64,000 nucleotides of DNA from Mobula hypostoma (Eukaryota): assembly GCF_963921235.1 (NCBI RefSeq), contig NC_086097.1:162938001-163002000 (forward strand), written 5' to 3'. Below are positions 40,801 through 52,800 of the stretch, piece after piece. The notes beneath the pieces are model-generated. The model was not told where the DNA came from. It saw nothing but the letters and a program-made list of their open reading frames with translations, and ran no database searches. Made by a program: the position numbers and the translations under genes. The first letter of the stretch is position 1, and every line of letters begins with the position of its first letter.

Positions 40801-43800
40801 GGCACCTTTTGAGGGCTCTGAGAGTATTGGGAAGAGGGAGTTCCAACAAGGGGCGCATACGGTCGGGGTCAGGGCCAATGACTCCATTCTCCACGACACA
40901 CCCAAGGATAGCAAGTCGGGTGGAACCAAATACACACTTGTCCTTGTTATAGGTGAGGTTGAAAGATTTGGCCGCTTGGAGAAATTTTTGGAGGTTGTTG
41001 TCATGATCCTGCTGGTCGTGACCGCAGATGGTGATGTTATCCAGATATGGGAACGTGGCCTTCAGTTGGCACTGGTCCACCATCCGGTCCATTGCCCTCT
41101 GGAAGACAGATACACCATTCGTGACACCAAAGGGGACGCGCAGGAATTGATAAAGCCTGCCGTCTGCCTCGAAGGCAGTGTAAGGGCGGTCCTCCCAGCG
41201 GATGGGGAGCTGATGGTAAGCGGATTTTAGGTCTATGGTCGAGTACACCTTGTACTGTGCTATCTATTGACCTTATCTGCGATGTGGGGTAGAGGGTACG
41301 CGTCGAGCTGCGTGAACCTATTGATGGTCTGGCTATAGTCCACGACCATCCTATTCTTCTCTCTGTTCCGAACAACCACCACCTGCGCCCTCCAAGGACT
41401 TGTGCTTGTCTCAATGACCCCCTCCCTGAGCAGCCGCTGCACCTCCGACTTAATGAAGGCTCTGTTCCCCACGCTGTACCTCCTGCTTTTAGTTGCAACA
41501 GGTTTACAGTCGGGGGTCAGGTTGGCGAACAGCGGTGGGGGAGGGATCCTGAGGGTGGAGAGGCCGCAAGTGGTGTCGGTAGTGTGGCAGTTGGCATGAT
41601 GTTGGGTGGGATGCGCGGGTCGGTGTGTGTGTCTGGTCAGTAGCAGGGTACGTGACATACCTCTACAAAACAGGGGATTTATGACAGTAATTGGCAGGAG
41701 GGGCCCATCATACTTCATTGTCACGCTTTTCAGGTGGCTCTGGAAGTCCAACCCCAACAGCACAGGAGCACACAGTTGAGGCAAGACCAGTAACACAAAG
41801 TCCCGATATTCAGTGCCCTGCACCACTAGTGTCGCTACACAACCCCCCCCCCCCCGGGTGTCTGCTGTATGCGACCTGGAGGCCATGGTGACCCTCCGAC
41901 TTACCGGCCATATCATGAGTCCACAATGCTGCACCGTGGCCGGGTGGATAAAACTCTCCGTGCTGCCTGTGTCAAACAGGCAGCTTGTCCTGTGCCCCTC
42001 CACCAGGATGTCCATCATTGACCTTGCGAGCTGGTGGGGAGCGCTTTGGTCGAGGGTCACGGAAGCCAGGGTGGGGTCGCTGTCTTGGTCCGGCGTGGTG
42101 GGGTGCCCCGTGAGCACCCGTTGGTCGTAGGCGGTGGGAGGTGGCGCCGACCAAGATGGCCGCCCCCATGTCTCGCATGTGATGGTGGCGTGCAGGGAAG
42201 ATGGCGGCAGGCAAGATGGCGACCCCCACGTCTCGCACGCGGCGCTGCTCCATCCCGCTCACGGTTTTGACTTACAGGCCTTGGCGAAGTGGCCCTTCTT
42301 TCCGCAGCTGGAGCAGGTAGCTTGTCGGGCCGGGCAGCGTTTCCGGGGGTGCTTCTCGAGTCCGCAGAAGTAGCACTTTGCGGACTCACGACTGGTGGCA
42401 GCCAAGGTCGATTCGCTGGCGGGTTGCGGGGTCTGCGGCACCCACGAGGCCATCGGGGGATCGCGTGCCTGGAGAGCCTCGGAGTTATGCAGAGCGGCCT
42501 CCAACATATCAGCCAGCTCCATCGCCAAACTTAGGGTAAGATCGGCTTTTTCCAGCAGTCGCTGGCGCACGTACACTGACCTGGTCCCCGTGACGAAGGC
42601 GTCCCTCACTAGGAGTTCTGCATGCTGCACCGCCGTCAGCTCCTGGCAATTGCAGGCTCGCACGAGCGTCCGTAGGGCCTGTACGAACTCAGCACTCAAT
42701 TCCCCGGGGCATTGTTGCTGTGTCGCTAAACGGTGCCGAGCATAGACGCTGTTTATCGGCCGCAGGTATTGCCTTTTGAGTGCGTTCATTGCGCCGTCGT
42801 AGTTCGGCTGGTCTCTGATCAGCGAATAGACCCGTGGACTGACCCTGGAGAGGAGAACTCTGCGCTTCGCTACGGGGTCGGTCGCTTTGATCTCCTCTAG
42901 GTACGCTTTGAAGCAGGCCAGCCAGAGTTCAAAAGCGTTTCCAGCTTCAGGTGTTTGCGGATTGAGGTCTAATTTTTCTGGTCTCAGGGACTGTTCCACG
43001 TTTTAAAACGTACAGCAAATAAAATTGAAGCACCTTCAATTACTCCAAAAGACTAAGGTTTGGTAAAATACTGAAAGGCTTTTATTCGCTGTACAATACG
43101 ACCTCCACAGTGAGTGTCTGCCCCCGGACTGAGGGGGAGGGGCAAGGCGAACACTTTTATACAGGACTCTGTGGGAAGAGCCACAGGGGCAGTCAGCAGA
43201 GGGGTGTGTCCAGACAGGTAACCCAGTTACAACATATATACATGGTTTACCACATAACTGAGGACCCTTCTGTCCCCACAGTGTAACATGGTGCTCTAAC
43301 AACGCTCTTCTGGCCAATATTTGTACCCTACTGACTACTGGGTGCTTACAACAATGCAACATGCAAAGCCTTGCTGTTCACAAAGTAGCCACCACTACAA
43401 CAAACTACAGATGGCTTCTTTGCCTAGATTCTACAGCTCCTGTAAAATACATTCACAATACAAGTTGAGGTTGCACAGTCAGTCATCAGATACTTTGATG
43501 ATTGATAATGTGGCACGCCCAAAGGTTGTGCATAGCATAACAAACACCTTGCATCAGAACAATAGCAGGCTTACTTGTTAGAGGGAATGGTCAGTGGGCA
43601 GGCACAAGGTTTGCAGTCCTCTACAGTCCCTCTGCTGGGATCACCATATAAACCTGGGAAGCACTGATCACAGGCTGGCCCAGTTGTGTTATGTCGGCAG
43701 CCCTGGAAAGTACAGAGTTTCAGTAAAAATGCAAACAAAACTTCTGATGGTAACTATGTCTCCCTCCCTCCCCCTTGTTAAGCAGAACAACTTTTCACAG

Positions 43801-46800
43801 ATATTCAAATATTGGGCCTGATCTTCCATTGGCTTGAATTTAGTGGACGCCTGCCTCCACACCTCTGTGCTTGTGTGACCTTCTGCTTGTGGCAACATGG
43901 CATGACATTTGCAGTGGAGGAGCTGTCTTAGCACAGGTAACCTGGTGTGCTCAGAGAACGACTTTGACAATCAGTAAGGATCTGCGCAAAAACTAGTCTA
44001 CTGAGAGTGTTCTTCAAAGCTCGAAAATGTCAAGGTCATGTATTTAATAACACAAGGGCCTAGTTGAAAATAAAATGTCAGATGATTAAAAATATTAATT
44101 AGTTGAAGTATTGAATGTTTGAAATATTGAACACTACATGTCTTTTACATTTATAATACATATATACACACACACAAAAAAAATTAGAAATAATTAAATA
44201 TATTGAAGCTAGTTTAATGGGAAAAGAAACTTCCATTTCCTTTCCCCCTTCTAGCTGTCTCTCACTGAATGGGAATAATGTGTTTGCAGTAGAATGTGCA
44301 AACTTGCCAATCTGCGATTAGGGAAGCTTGTGAAAGTCCCCACTACCTCACTAGGCTCATAATTGTAGCCAGGAGGTCAAATGGTCTCCTCCTGGAGGAC
44401 GGTACTGCTGGGTTTTCAATAGGACAAAGGAGTTCCCTCCTGGTGTTTGTGCTGCTACAGGATGGAAATTCTGGGTAACTGTAATTCATAGAAAACAAAT
44501 AGACCAACACTGATTCTAAATCTAAATCTCCATCCCTTACAAATTGAATTATGTATCACAAATACATACAATGCAATAGAACGCGGGGACCATCTCCCAT
44601 TACTGGTGCAATTGTGATATAACATTATAGCATTGCCAACACACAGGAAATTGCACATCTCCACAAAAATTTCTGCTTTTACAGTTTCACCTGACCAATC
44701 GTACTTGAGATAACTTGCATTATCAAGAACTCACCAAGCAAGTACCATTAATGTCACATTCTGTAGCATGCCCGTTGCATTCACACTGTTGACAGATGCC
44801 GCCAAATAAGATTCCATCAACACGATAAAAGCCTGTGATGCAGGACTGTTGGAAACAATAATTAACTGCATAAAAATACACAGTACTGTGTTCCGGTTCA
44901 AGATGGTGCCAGTGAAGCTCGGCGACTTCTATCTGGTGACCAATGAAACAAAGAGAACAACTAAATACTTGGTTAATCACTCTTTTCCTGGCAAACGATC
45001 CTGTAACAAGCCTGTAACTTCCCTTTGGCCTTGGGAAGTAATTCGAGCGGCAGAACCAAGGCGAAGCACCTCTGATTTTTAAAATTTTCTCCCCATATAC
45101 AAAATAGTCCACGCATTTATTCCTTCTACCAAAGTGCATAGTAATGCACTTCATTGCATCATATTCCTTCTGTCACTTCTTTGCCCATTCCCCCAATCTG
45201 CCTGCCCTTCTACAGAACTGTACTTCAACATTTCCAGCCCTTCCACCCACCTTCATATCGCCTGCAAACCTGGCCACAAAGCCATCAATTCCTTTATCTA
45301 AATTGACATACAACATGAAAAGCAGTCCCGACACATACCCCTGCGGCACACCACTATTAACTGGCAGTCAACCAGAAAAGGCCTGCTTTAGTCCCATCCT
45401 TTGCCTCCTGCCAATCAGCCAATCTTCTATCCATTCTAGTAGCTTTCTCATACTACCATAGGCTCTTACTTTCTTAAGCAGGCTCATGTATGGCATCTTG
45501 TCAATGGCCTTCTCAAAATCCAAATAAATAGCATTCACTGACTCTCCTTTGTCTATCTTGCCTATTATCTCCTCAAAGACTTCCAACAGATTTGCCAGGC
45601 AAGATTTCTTCTTTTGAAAACCATGCTGGATTTGGCCTATTTTATCATGTGCCACAGGTACCCCAAAGCCACATCCTTAAAAGTCAACTCTAACATCTTC
45701 CCAAACACTGAAGTCAGGCTAACTGGCCTATAATTTCCTTTTTTCTGTAGCCTGCCTTTCTTGAAGAGTGGAGTGGCACTTGCAATTTTCTAGTCCTCAG
45801 CAACTGTGGCCAGGTTTGCAGATGATACGAAGATGGGTGGAAGGGCTGGAAATGTTGAAGTACAGTTCTGTAGAAGGACAGACAGATTGGGGGAATGGAC
45901 AAAGAAGAGGGAGTTAGATATGGCCCTTGTGGCTAAAGGGATCAGGGGGTACGGAGGGAAGGCTGGTACAGGGCTCTGAGTTGGATGATCAGCCATGATC
46001 ATACTGAATGGCGGTGCAGGCTCGAAGGGCCAAATGAACTACTCCTGCACCTATTTTCTATGTTTCTAACCTTTCCAGAACCTAGTGATCCTTGAAAGAT
46101 CATTACTAATACCTCCACAATCTCCTCATTTGAGTAGGACGTATGTCAAACTGGGATTCTGCCAGCCTGGTACATTATGAAATGGTCAAAAGAAAGGAGT
46201 TAATTTAGTCTCATGCTGTGAAGAGACAATAAACAGGACTTAAGTTTTACTATTCAAACAATTGCTTGAAGATTCTCTTTTAAAATATATACTTCAGAGT
46301 GAAATTTCTCCAAATAATGAAAAAAGTGTCCAAAAAAATACACCATTTGATAATGTTTCCAATAAGATTACTAACAGGCAAAATTCTCACCTTCAGGTGT
46401 ATGTGTATTAAGTCGCATGTGCCACAGGAGTCCATTGCATCTATTTTTCAACTAGGTTATTTAAGAAATGTAGCAATTACAAAACTAACTATTGATTTTC
46501 TTCAAATCAAAGATTCCTTCTAGCATCTTTTCCTAAGAGGTAAAGAGAAATTTATTCATAAACGTGAATTTAACTGAATTTAATCCCTGGCACTGATGGC
46601 TCTGGGAGTCTCCAGACAGGTGACACTACCATCAGCAACACCAGTTCCAATGACCCCGAGTGGATCCAGAACGTGGATTCTACCAACACCAATGCCAGTT
46701 TCTACAACCACAGACACTGTCAAACTGCTAACTGCACAGCCTCTAGCTCTGGCTCCAGCCTGGACCTTGACCGCCAGCAGCTCCAGGCAAAGGCTTTACT

Positions 46801-49800
46801 TGCTGCTGGGCCCTCTTCTTCCCTTCCCCCACCACTACTCTCCAGCCCCGTGTCTCTCAGGCCCCACCATCAGCTCTTGTGTCCTTGGAGCCTCCATCTT
46901 CCTCCCACCCTACTTTCATTGAACGCCCCAACCCTCCATTCTTCTCTGACACAATCAGTTCTTTCCCCTCTCTGATCCTAGATCTAATCCTTGGCATGTC
47001 TTAACCATTCCCTCCGACCTCCCCCTCCCTGAGGCAGAATGTTCTGTCCCCAGTACAGCCTCATCTTTGTCCCCCTTTGCCCGCACCTCAATGAGTTCCA
47101 CCCGCCACGATGTTGGGCTCTTCTTCTGTTGCCTCCGTCTCCGAGCCCACTTCTTTGACAAGGATTCCACACCTCACACTGGTGACCTCTTCTTCCACCT
47201 TCAACCCTCCTCCTATTCTTGGTCACCCCATTCTGGTTTTCTGCCTGCTCTGGATCTTTTCATCTCAAATTACCACCTCATCTTCAGCACTCCACTCTCC
47301 TCATTGAACCTTACCCTCTCTGAATGCATTACCCTCCACTCTCTCCAGACCAATTCCAACCCTACCATCAAACCCGCAGACAAAGCGGGGTGCTGTTGTA
47401 GTGTGGCGCACTGACTTCTACCTTGCTGAGGCCAGGCGGCAACTGTCAGCCACCTCCTCATACCTACCCCTTGAAGAGGACCTCACTCTGGACTATCAGA
47501 AAACTGTCTCCAACACTGGAGAACTCTCACCCACTGCCATCAAACTCATAGTTCCCTTACCCTGCACTGCTCACTCCTACCTCTTACCCAAGAACTACAA
47601 ACTGGACTGAGCAGAAAAGTGTATTGTCTCTGCTTCCTCTTGCCTCACTGAACTCATGTCCTCATACCTTGATTCCATTCTATCTCCCTTAGTTCAGTTC
47701 CTTCTCCACTACATCCGCCATACGGCTCAAGCCCTCAATCTCCTCCATAACATTAAATTTCCTTTCCATGACCGCCTCATTTTCACCAAGCATGTTCAGT
47801 CCCTATACCCCGCTTCCTTCTTGACAAAAGGACCAACTAGTTCTCCTCCTCCTTCTGGCAGAACTGGTCCTCCCCCTCAATAATTTTTTCTTCAGCTTTC
47901 TCCAAACTTTAGGGGTAGCTACAGGCACCCACATAGGCCCCACCTATGCCTCCCTCTTCATTGGCTAGATAGAACAATCCATGTTCCAAGCCTGCCCCGG
48001 TAATACTTCCCAGCTCTTCCTCTGCTACACTGATGACTGCATTGGTGCTGCTTCATGCACTTCTGCTGAACTTGTCAATTTTATTAACTTTGTCTCTAAC
48101 TTCCACCCTGCCCTTAAATTCACTTGTCTCTTACCTGACACCTCCCACCACTTCCTTGATCTCTCTGTCTCCATCTCTGGAGACAAGCTGTCAACCGACA
48201 TCTTTTATAAATCTACTTATTCCCATGGTTATCTAGACTATACCTCTTTCCACCCAATCTCCTGTGAAAATGCTATTCCCTTTCCTCAGTTTCTTTGCCT
48301 CTGTTCCCAGGATTCGGCTTTCCATTCCAGGACATCAGACAGCAGCTTGTGGTCGAGCCCACCAGGGGATCAGCTATTCTGGACTGGGTGCTGTGCAATG
48401 AACCAGAACTGATCGGAGACTTTAAAGTAAAAGAAGCCTTAGGGGCAAGGGATAATAATATGATAGAATTTACCCTGAAATTAGAAAAGGAGAAGTTAAA
48501 ATCAGATGTATCAGTATTACAGTGGAGTAAAGGAAATTACAGAGGCACGAGAGAGGTCTTGGACAGGATTGATTGGAAAAGAACACTGGATGGGATGATG
48601 GCAGAGCAGCAATGGGGTAGTTGGAAGCAAATGATAAAATAGATTGTTGTCAACATGGTTTCCTCAAGGGAAAATCTTGCCTGCGAAATCTGTTGGAATT
48701 CCTTGAAGAAAGATAGACAAAGGGGAATCACTTGATGTTGTGTGCTTGGATTTTCAAAAGGCCTTTGACGAGATGCCACACATGAGGCTGCTTGACAAGC
48801 TACGAGCCCATGGTATTACAGGAAAGGTTCTAGCATGGATAAAGCGGTGGTTGATTGGCAGAAGGCAAAGAGTGGGCATAAAGGGAGCTTTTCCTGGTTG
48901 GCTGCTGGTGGCTAGTGGTATTCCACAAGAGTCTGTTCTTTTTCTGGACCAATTCTTTTTATGTTATAGCTTAATGATTTGGATGACGGAATTAATGGCT
49001 TTATTGAAAAGTTTGCAGCTGATACAAAGATAGGTGGAGGGTCAGGTAGTTTTGAGGAAGTAGAGAGGCAACAGAAGGACTCAGACAGATTAGGAGAATA
49101 AGCAAAGCAGCAGCAAATGGAATACCATGTCGGGAAGTGTATGGTCATGCACTTTGGTAGAAGAAATGAAAAAGGTTGACTATTTTCCAAATGGAGAGAA
49201 GATGCAAAACTCTGAGGCACAAAGGGATTTGCAAGTCTTTGTGCAGGATTCCCGAAAGGCTAATTTGCAGTTTGAGTCTGTAGTGAGGAAGGCAAATGCA
49301 ATGTTATCATTCATTTCAAGAGGACTAGATTATAAAAGCAAGTATGTAATGTGAAGACTTTATAAAGCACCCGTGAGGCCTCACTCGGAGCATTGTGAAC
49401 AGTGTTGGGCGCTTTAGCTGAGAAAGCATGTGCTGAAACTGGAGAGGGTTCAAGGGAAGTTCAAAAAATGATTCCAGGATTGAATCACTTCTCAGATTAG
49501 AATGTTTGATGGCTGTAGGCCTGTATTTACTGGAATTTAGAAGAATGAGGGGTATTGAAACCTTTCGAATAGTGAAAGGCCTTAGTGGAGTTGATGTGGA
49601 GAGTATGTTTCCTATGATGGGAGTGTCTAAAATGGAAGACACATCCTCAAAATAGAAGGGCGTCCTTTTAGAATGGAAATGAAGAGGAATTTTTGTCTGA
49701 GAGTGGTGAATCTGTGGAATTCTTTGCCACAGGCAGCTGTGGAGGCCAAGTCTTTATGTATATTTAAGACAGAGGTTCATAGATTCTTGATTGGTCAGGA

Positions 49801-52800
49801 TCTTGGGACTGAGAGGAAAAAATGGATTGGCCATGATGAAATGGTGGAATAAACTCGATGGGCCAAATGGCCTACTTCTGCTCTGATAATAATAGTGAAG
49901 CCATTGGTTTTTGTTTTTTTTTATTGTCACATATATCAAGATAAAGTGAAAAATTTTGTTTTGCGTGTCATCTATAAAGATTATTTCAAAACACAAGTAC
50001 GTTGAGGTCGTACAAAGGAAACAGCAATAACAGTAAGCAGAATAGAGCATTACTGTTATTGTTAGAGAGCGTGCAGTGCAGGTAGGCAACAATGTGCAAG
50101 GGCCATTAAAAATATGCTGGCATTGAAGGCAGTTCATTCACTAGTCTAACACATAAAAAATATGAAAAGGTAAATAAATTTACAAACGTTGGGAAACCCA
50201 AAGTGGGCAACTGGATGGCAAGGAATTTTTATCTGGGAATTAATAAGCCATTACGTAGCTCACCATAAGTGGCATACAAAGCATGGAGATACAGAATGAT
50301 ACAGCCTGCAGGAGGATGCTCAAAAAATTATGCCCTGATTGCTTCTTTAATACAACACTCTAATTAATTAATCTCACTCCCCTATTCTTTTCCTTTTGCC
50401 CTGTAGACTTCTCCTTTTCCTGTACTTGCCTAATTCCTTTTCAAAGTTCTCACTAAATAAGATGCCACTACATTCTCAGACAGAAACTCCAGAACAGTCA
50501 GCCAGTTCCCTCAAAATCAAATAGCAAGGAAAACCAATCATTTGAAGAATATGGGATGAAACCAAGAAATATTTAGCAACATTTATGTTGAGAAAAACAG
50601 GACATCTATTATTTTCTTGGTTGAGCTAAGGGCTTTCTACTTTCTACTTGGGAAGGGAGGAAATCTTTGTACAACTGGGGATAAACTCTGAGGTTAAGCC
50701 AGCAGTGCAAGGCGAAAAGCTCTCTGAAATATAACAGGTACTGCTCCCTTCTAGTCCATTTCACTGTACTGTTTTAAAGATGCAGCTAAGGAATGAGAAT
50801 TTTCAGTGTTACCTCACAGGAAATGCCAGTGTAGCCCAGAGGACATTCACAGTGTTCAACATCCACTGCAGGAAGAACGTCGATGGCATTTGGGTTTGCT
50901 ACGTCCAAAGTGACAGAACTCAACCTGAAATGACAAAGATTGGCATAATTCTCACAACTAACTATATCAAACAGATAGAGCAGAGCATCTATGGGCACCT
51001 GTGTTTTGGAAGTCGGATTGAGTAACAGTTACAGTTTTATTAAAAGTTAGACGTTTAACCAACGATACAGCAGCAGCCATAACCACTCTTGCTAGCATTA
51101 ATTCTGTCAAATATTATTTTTTGACTGAGTTTCACAACTTCGCACAGTGGGATTTGAACTCATGATCTCTGGAACCCTGGTTAACTACTACAACTTCTAC
51201 ATTGCACAGAAGTATGTCTTAAGATACAATTGATAGTCTGAAGTAGTAAGGTTGTCAAAGTTCTGTAATTTGCACTTACCGGTTCCACAACAATTTGTTA
51301 AATAATACACATATCCTGAAAACTTTGCCTGGATTTTGGAAGTCATTGACTATTATTCCATTTGAATTATTTAACTAGACAGAACACATTTAAAATATTG
51401 AGATTTTTAAAGTAATTGAGGGAAGAAATTAATTAGTTCATGAGATAACAAGCAGTTAACATATTCATGGCAAAGCTTTGATGATCATTTTGCATTGACT
51501 AATTCATAAAACTGTCTCGATTGAATTCATCAGCAGGAGCACACCCCATGCCCACTGCTTTGCATCTTACTGAAGTAACATAAAATGTACAAGAGCATTC
51601 TGCCCAACATGTTTGTGCTAGCCAAAGAAGTGTTACCTGATTTAATCCCACATTAATCTTTGAGGTCCTCACTACTCTTTTGCTGTGAAACAAAACAGTT
51701 TAAAGATTTATTACAGCTTCTGAGAATCTCTTCATCTCTCTTTCTTTAAGATGCTTTTAATATCACTAAAACCTAATTGATTTAAAGAGTTTGCTCAATC
51801 AGAGCTCCACAAGGTTCATTCAAGATTATACCTCTTAAAAGAGAACCCAGTCAAATCAATTGCCTCTGCAGTGGAAGAAGCTATACCTGCTTCCCAGGCT
51901 ACCCCATTCACAAGTTTTGGTTGGGTAACTTACAACCCTATGATATGGACATTGAATTTTCCATTTTCAGATCAAACCACCCCCCCCCCACCCCCATGTT
52001 CAACTCCCATGCACATTCATCTATCCAGCTAGTTTTCTTCTCCCTTTGTTCACCTTTCCCATCCCTTTTTCCACCCTGTATATAACTGCTATAAGGGTAA
52101 AATGACACTAATAGCAGTTATATACAGGCCTCCAAACAGCAGCTGGGATGTAGACTACAAGTTGCAGCTGGAAATAGAAAAAGCATGTCAGAGGGAAAAT
52201 GTCAAGATAATTATGGGGGATTTTAGTATGAAAGTGGATTGGGAAAGTCAGGAAGGTAATGGATCTCAGGAGAGGGAGTTTGTAGAATGCCTACAGGATG
52301 ACTTTCTGGAGCAGTTTGTCCAGAAGCCCACCGGGGGACCGGCTGTTTTGGATTGGGTGCTGTGTAACGAACCTGAGGCGATTAGGGAGCTGGAGGTAAA
52401 GGAACCCCTTGGAAGTAGTGACCATAGTATGATTGAGTTCAGTTTCAAATTAGAAAAGGAGAAGCTGGTATCAGGTGTATCGATATTTCAGTGGAACAGG
52501 GGAAATTACAGTGGCATGAGAGAGGAACTGGCCCAAGTCGATTGGAAAAGTAAGCTAAATGGAGGGACGGTAGAGCAGAATTAGATGAAATTCCTACAAG
52601 AAATAAGGAAAATGCAGGAAAAATATATTCCAAGCAAAAAGGAAATCATGAATGGAAAAATGCCACAAATGTGGCTAACGAGAGAGGTTAAGGCAAAAAT
52701 AAAAGCAAATGAGATGGCGTACAAGGAAGCAAAAATTAGTGGGAAAAATGAGGACTGGAAGACTTTTAAAAACTTACAGAAGGAAACTAAGAAAGTCATT

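Larger units (their letters stand above)
38804..43254 (-). mobile_element. Full-length, decayed Ty3/Gypsy LTR retrotransposon (Mag-like), 4451 bp
   Basis: Two 229-bp TG...CA LTRs with 8 mismatches; 5-bp TSD TAACT (38799-38803, 43255-43259); gag-PR-RT-RH-IN order; polypurine tract next to 3' LTR. Confidence 0.97.

Noticed and set aside
42259..42261. Programmed stop-codon readthrough between gag and pol
   Set aside because: TGA is most simply CGA-to-TGA CpG decay, as at 40091-40093; no recognisable readthrough context. The family consensus would decide.
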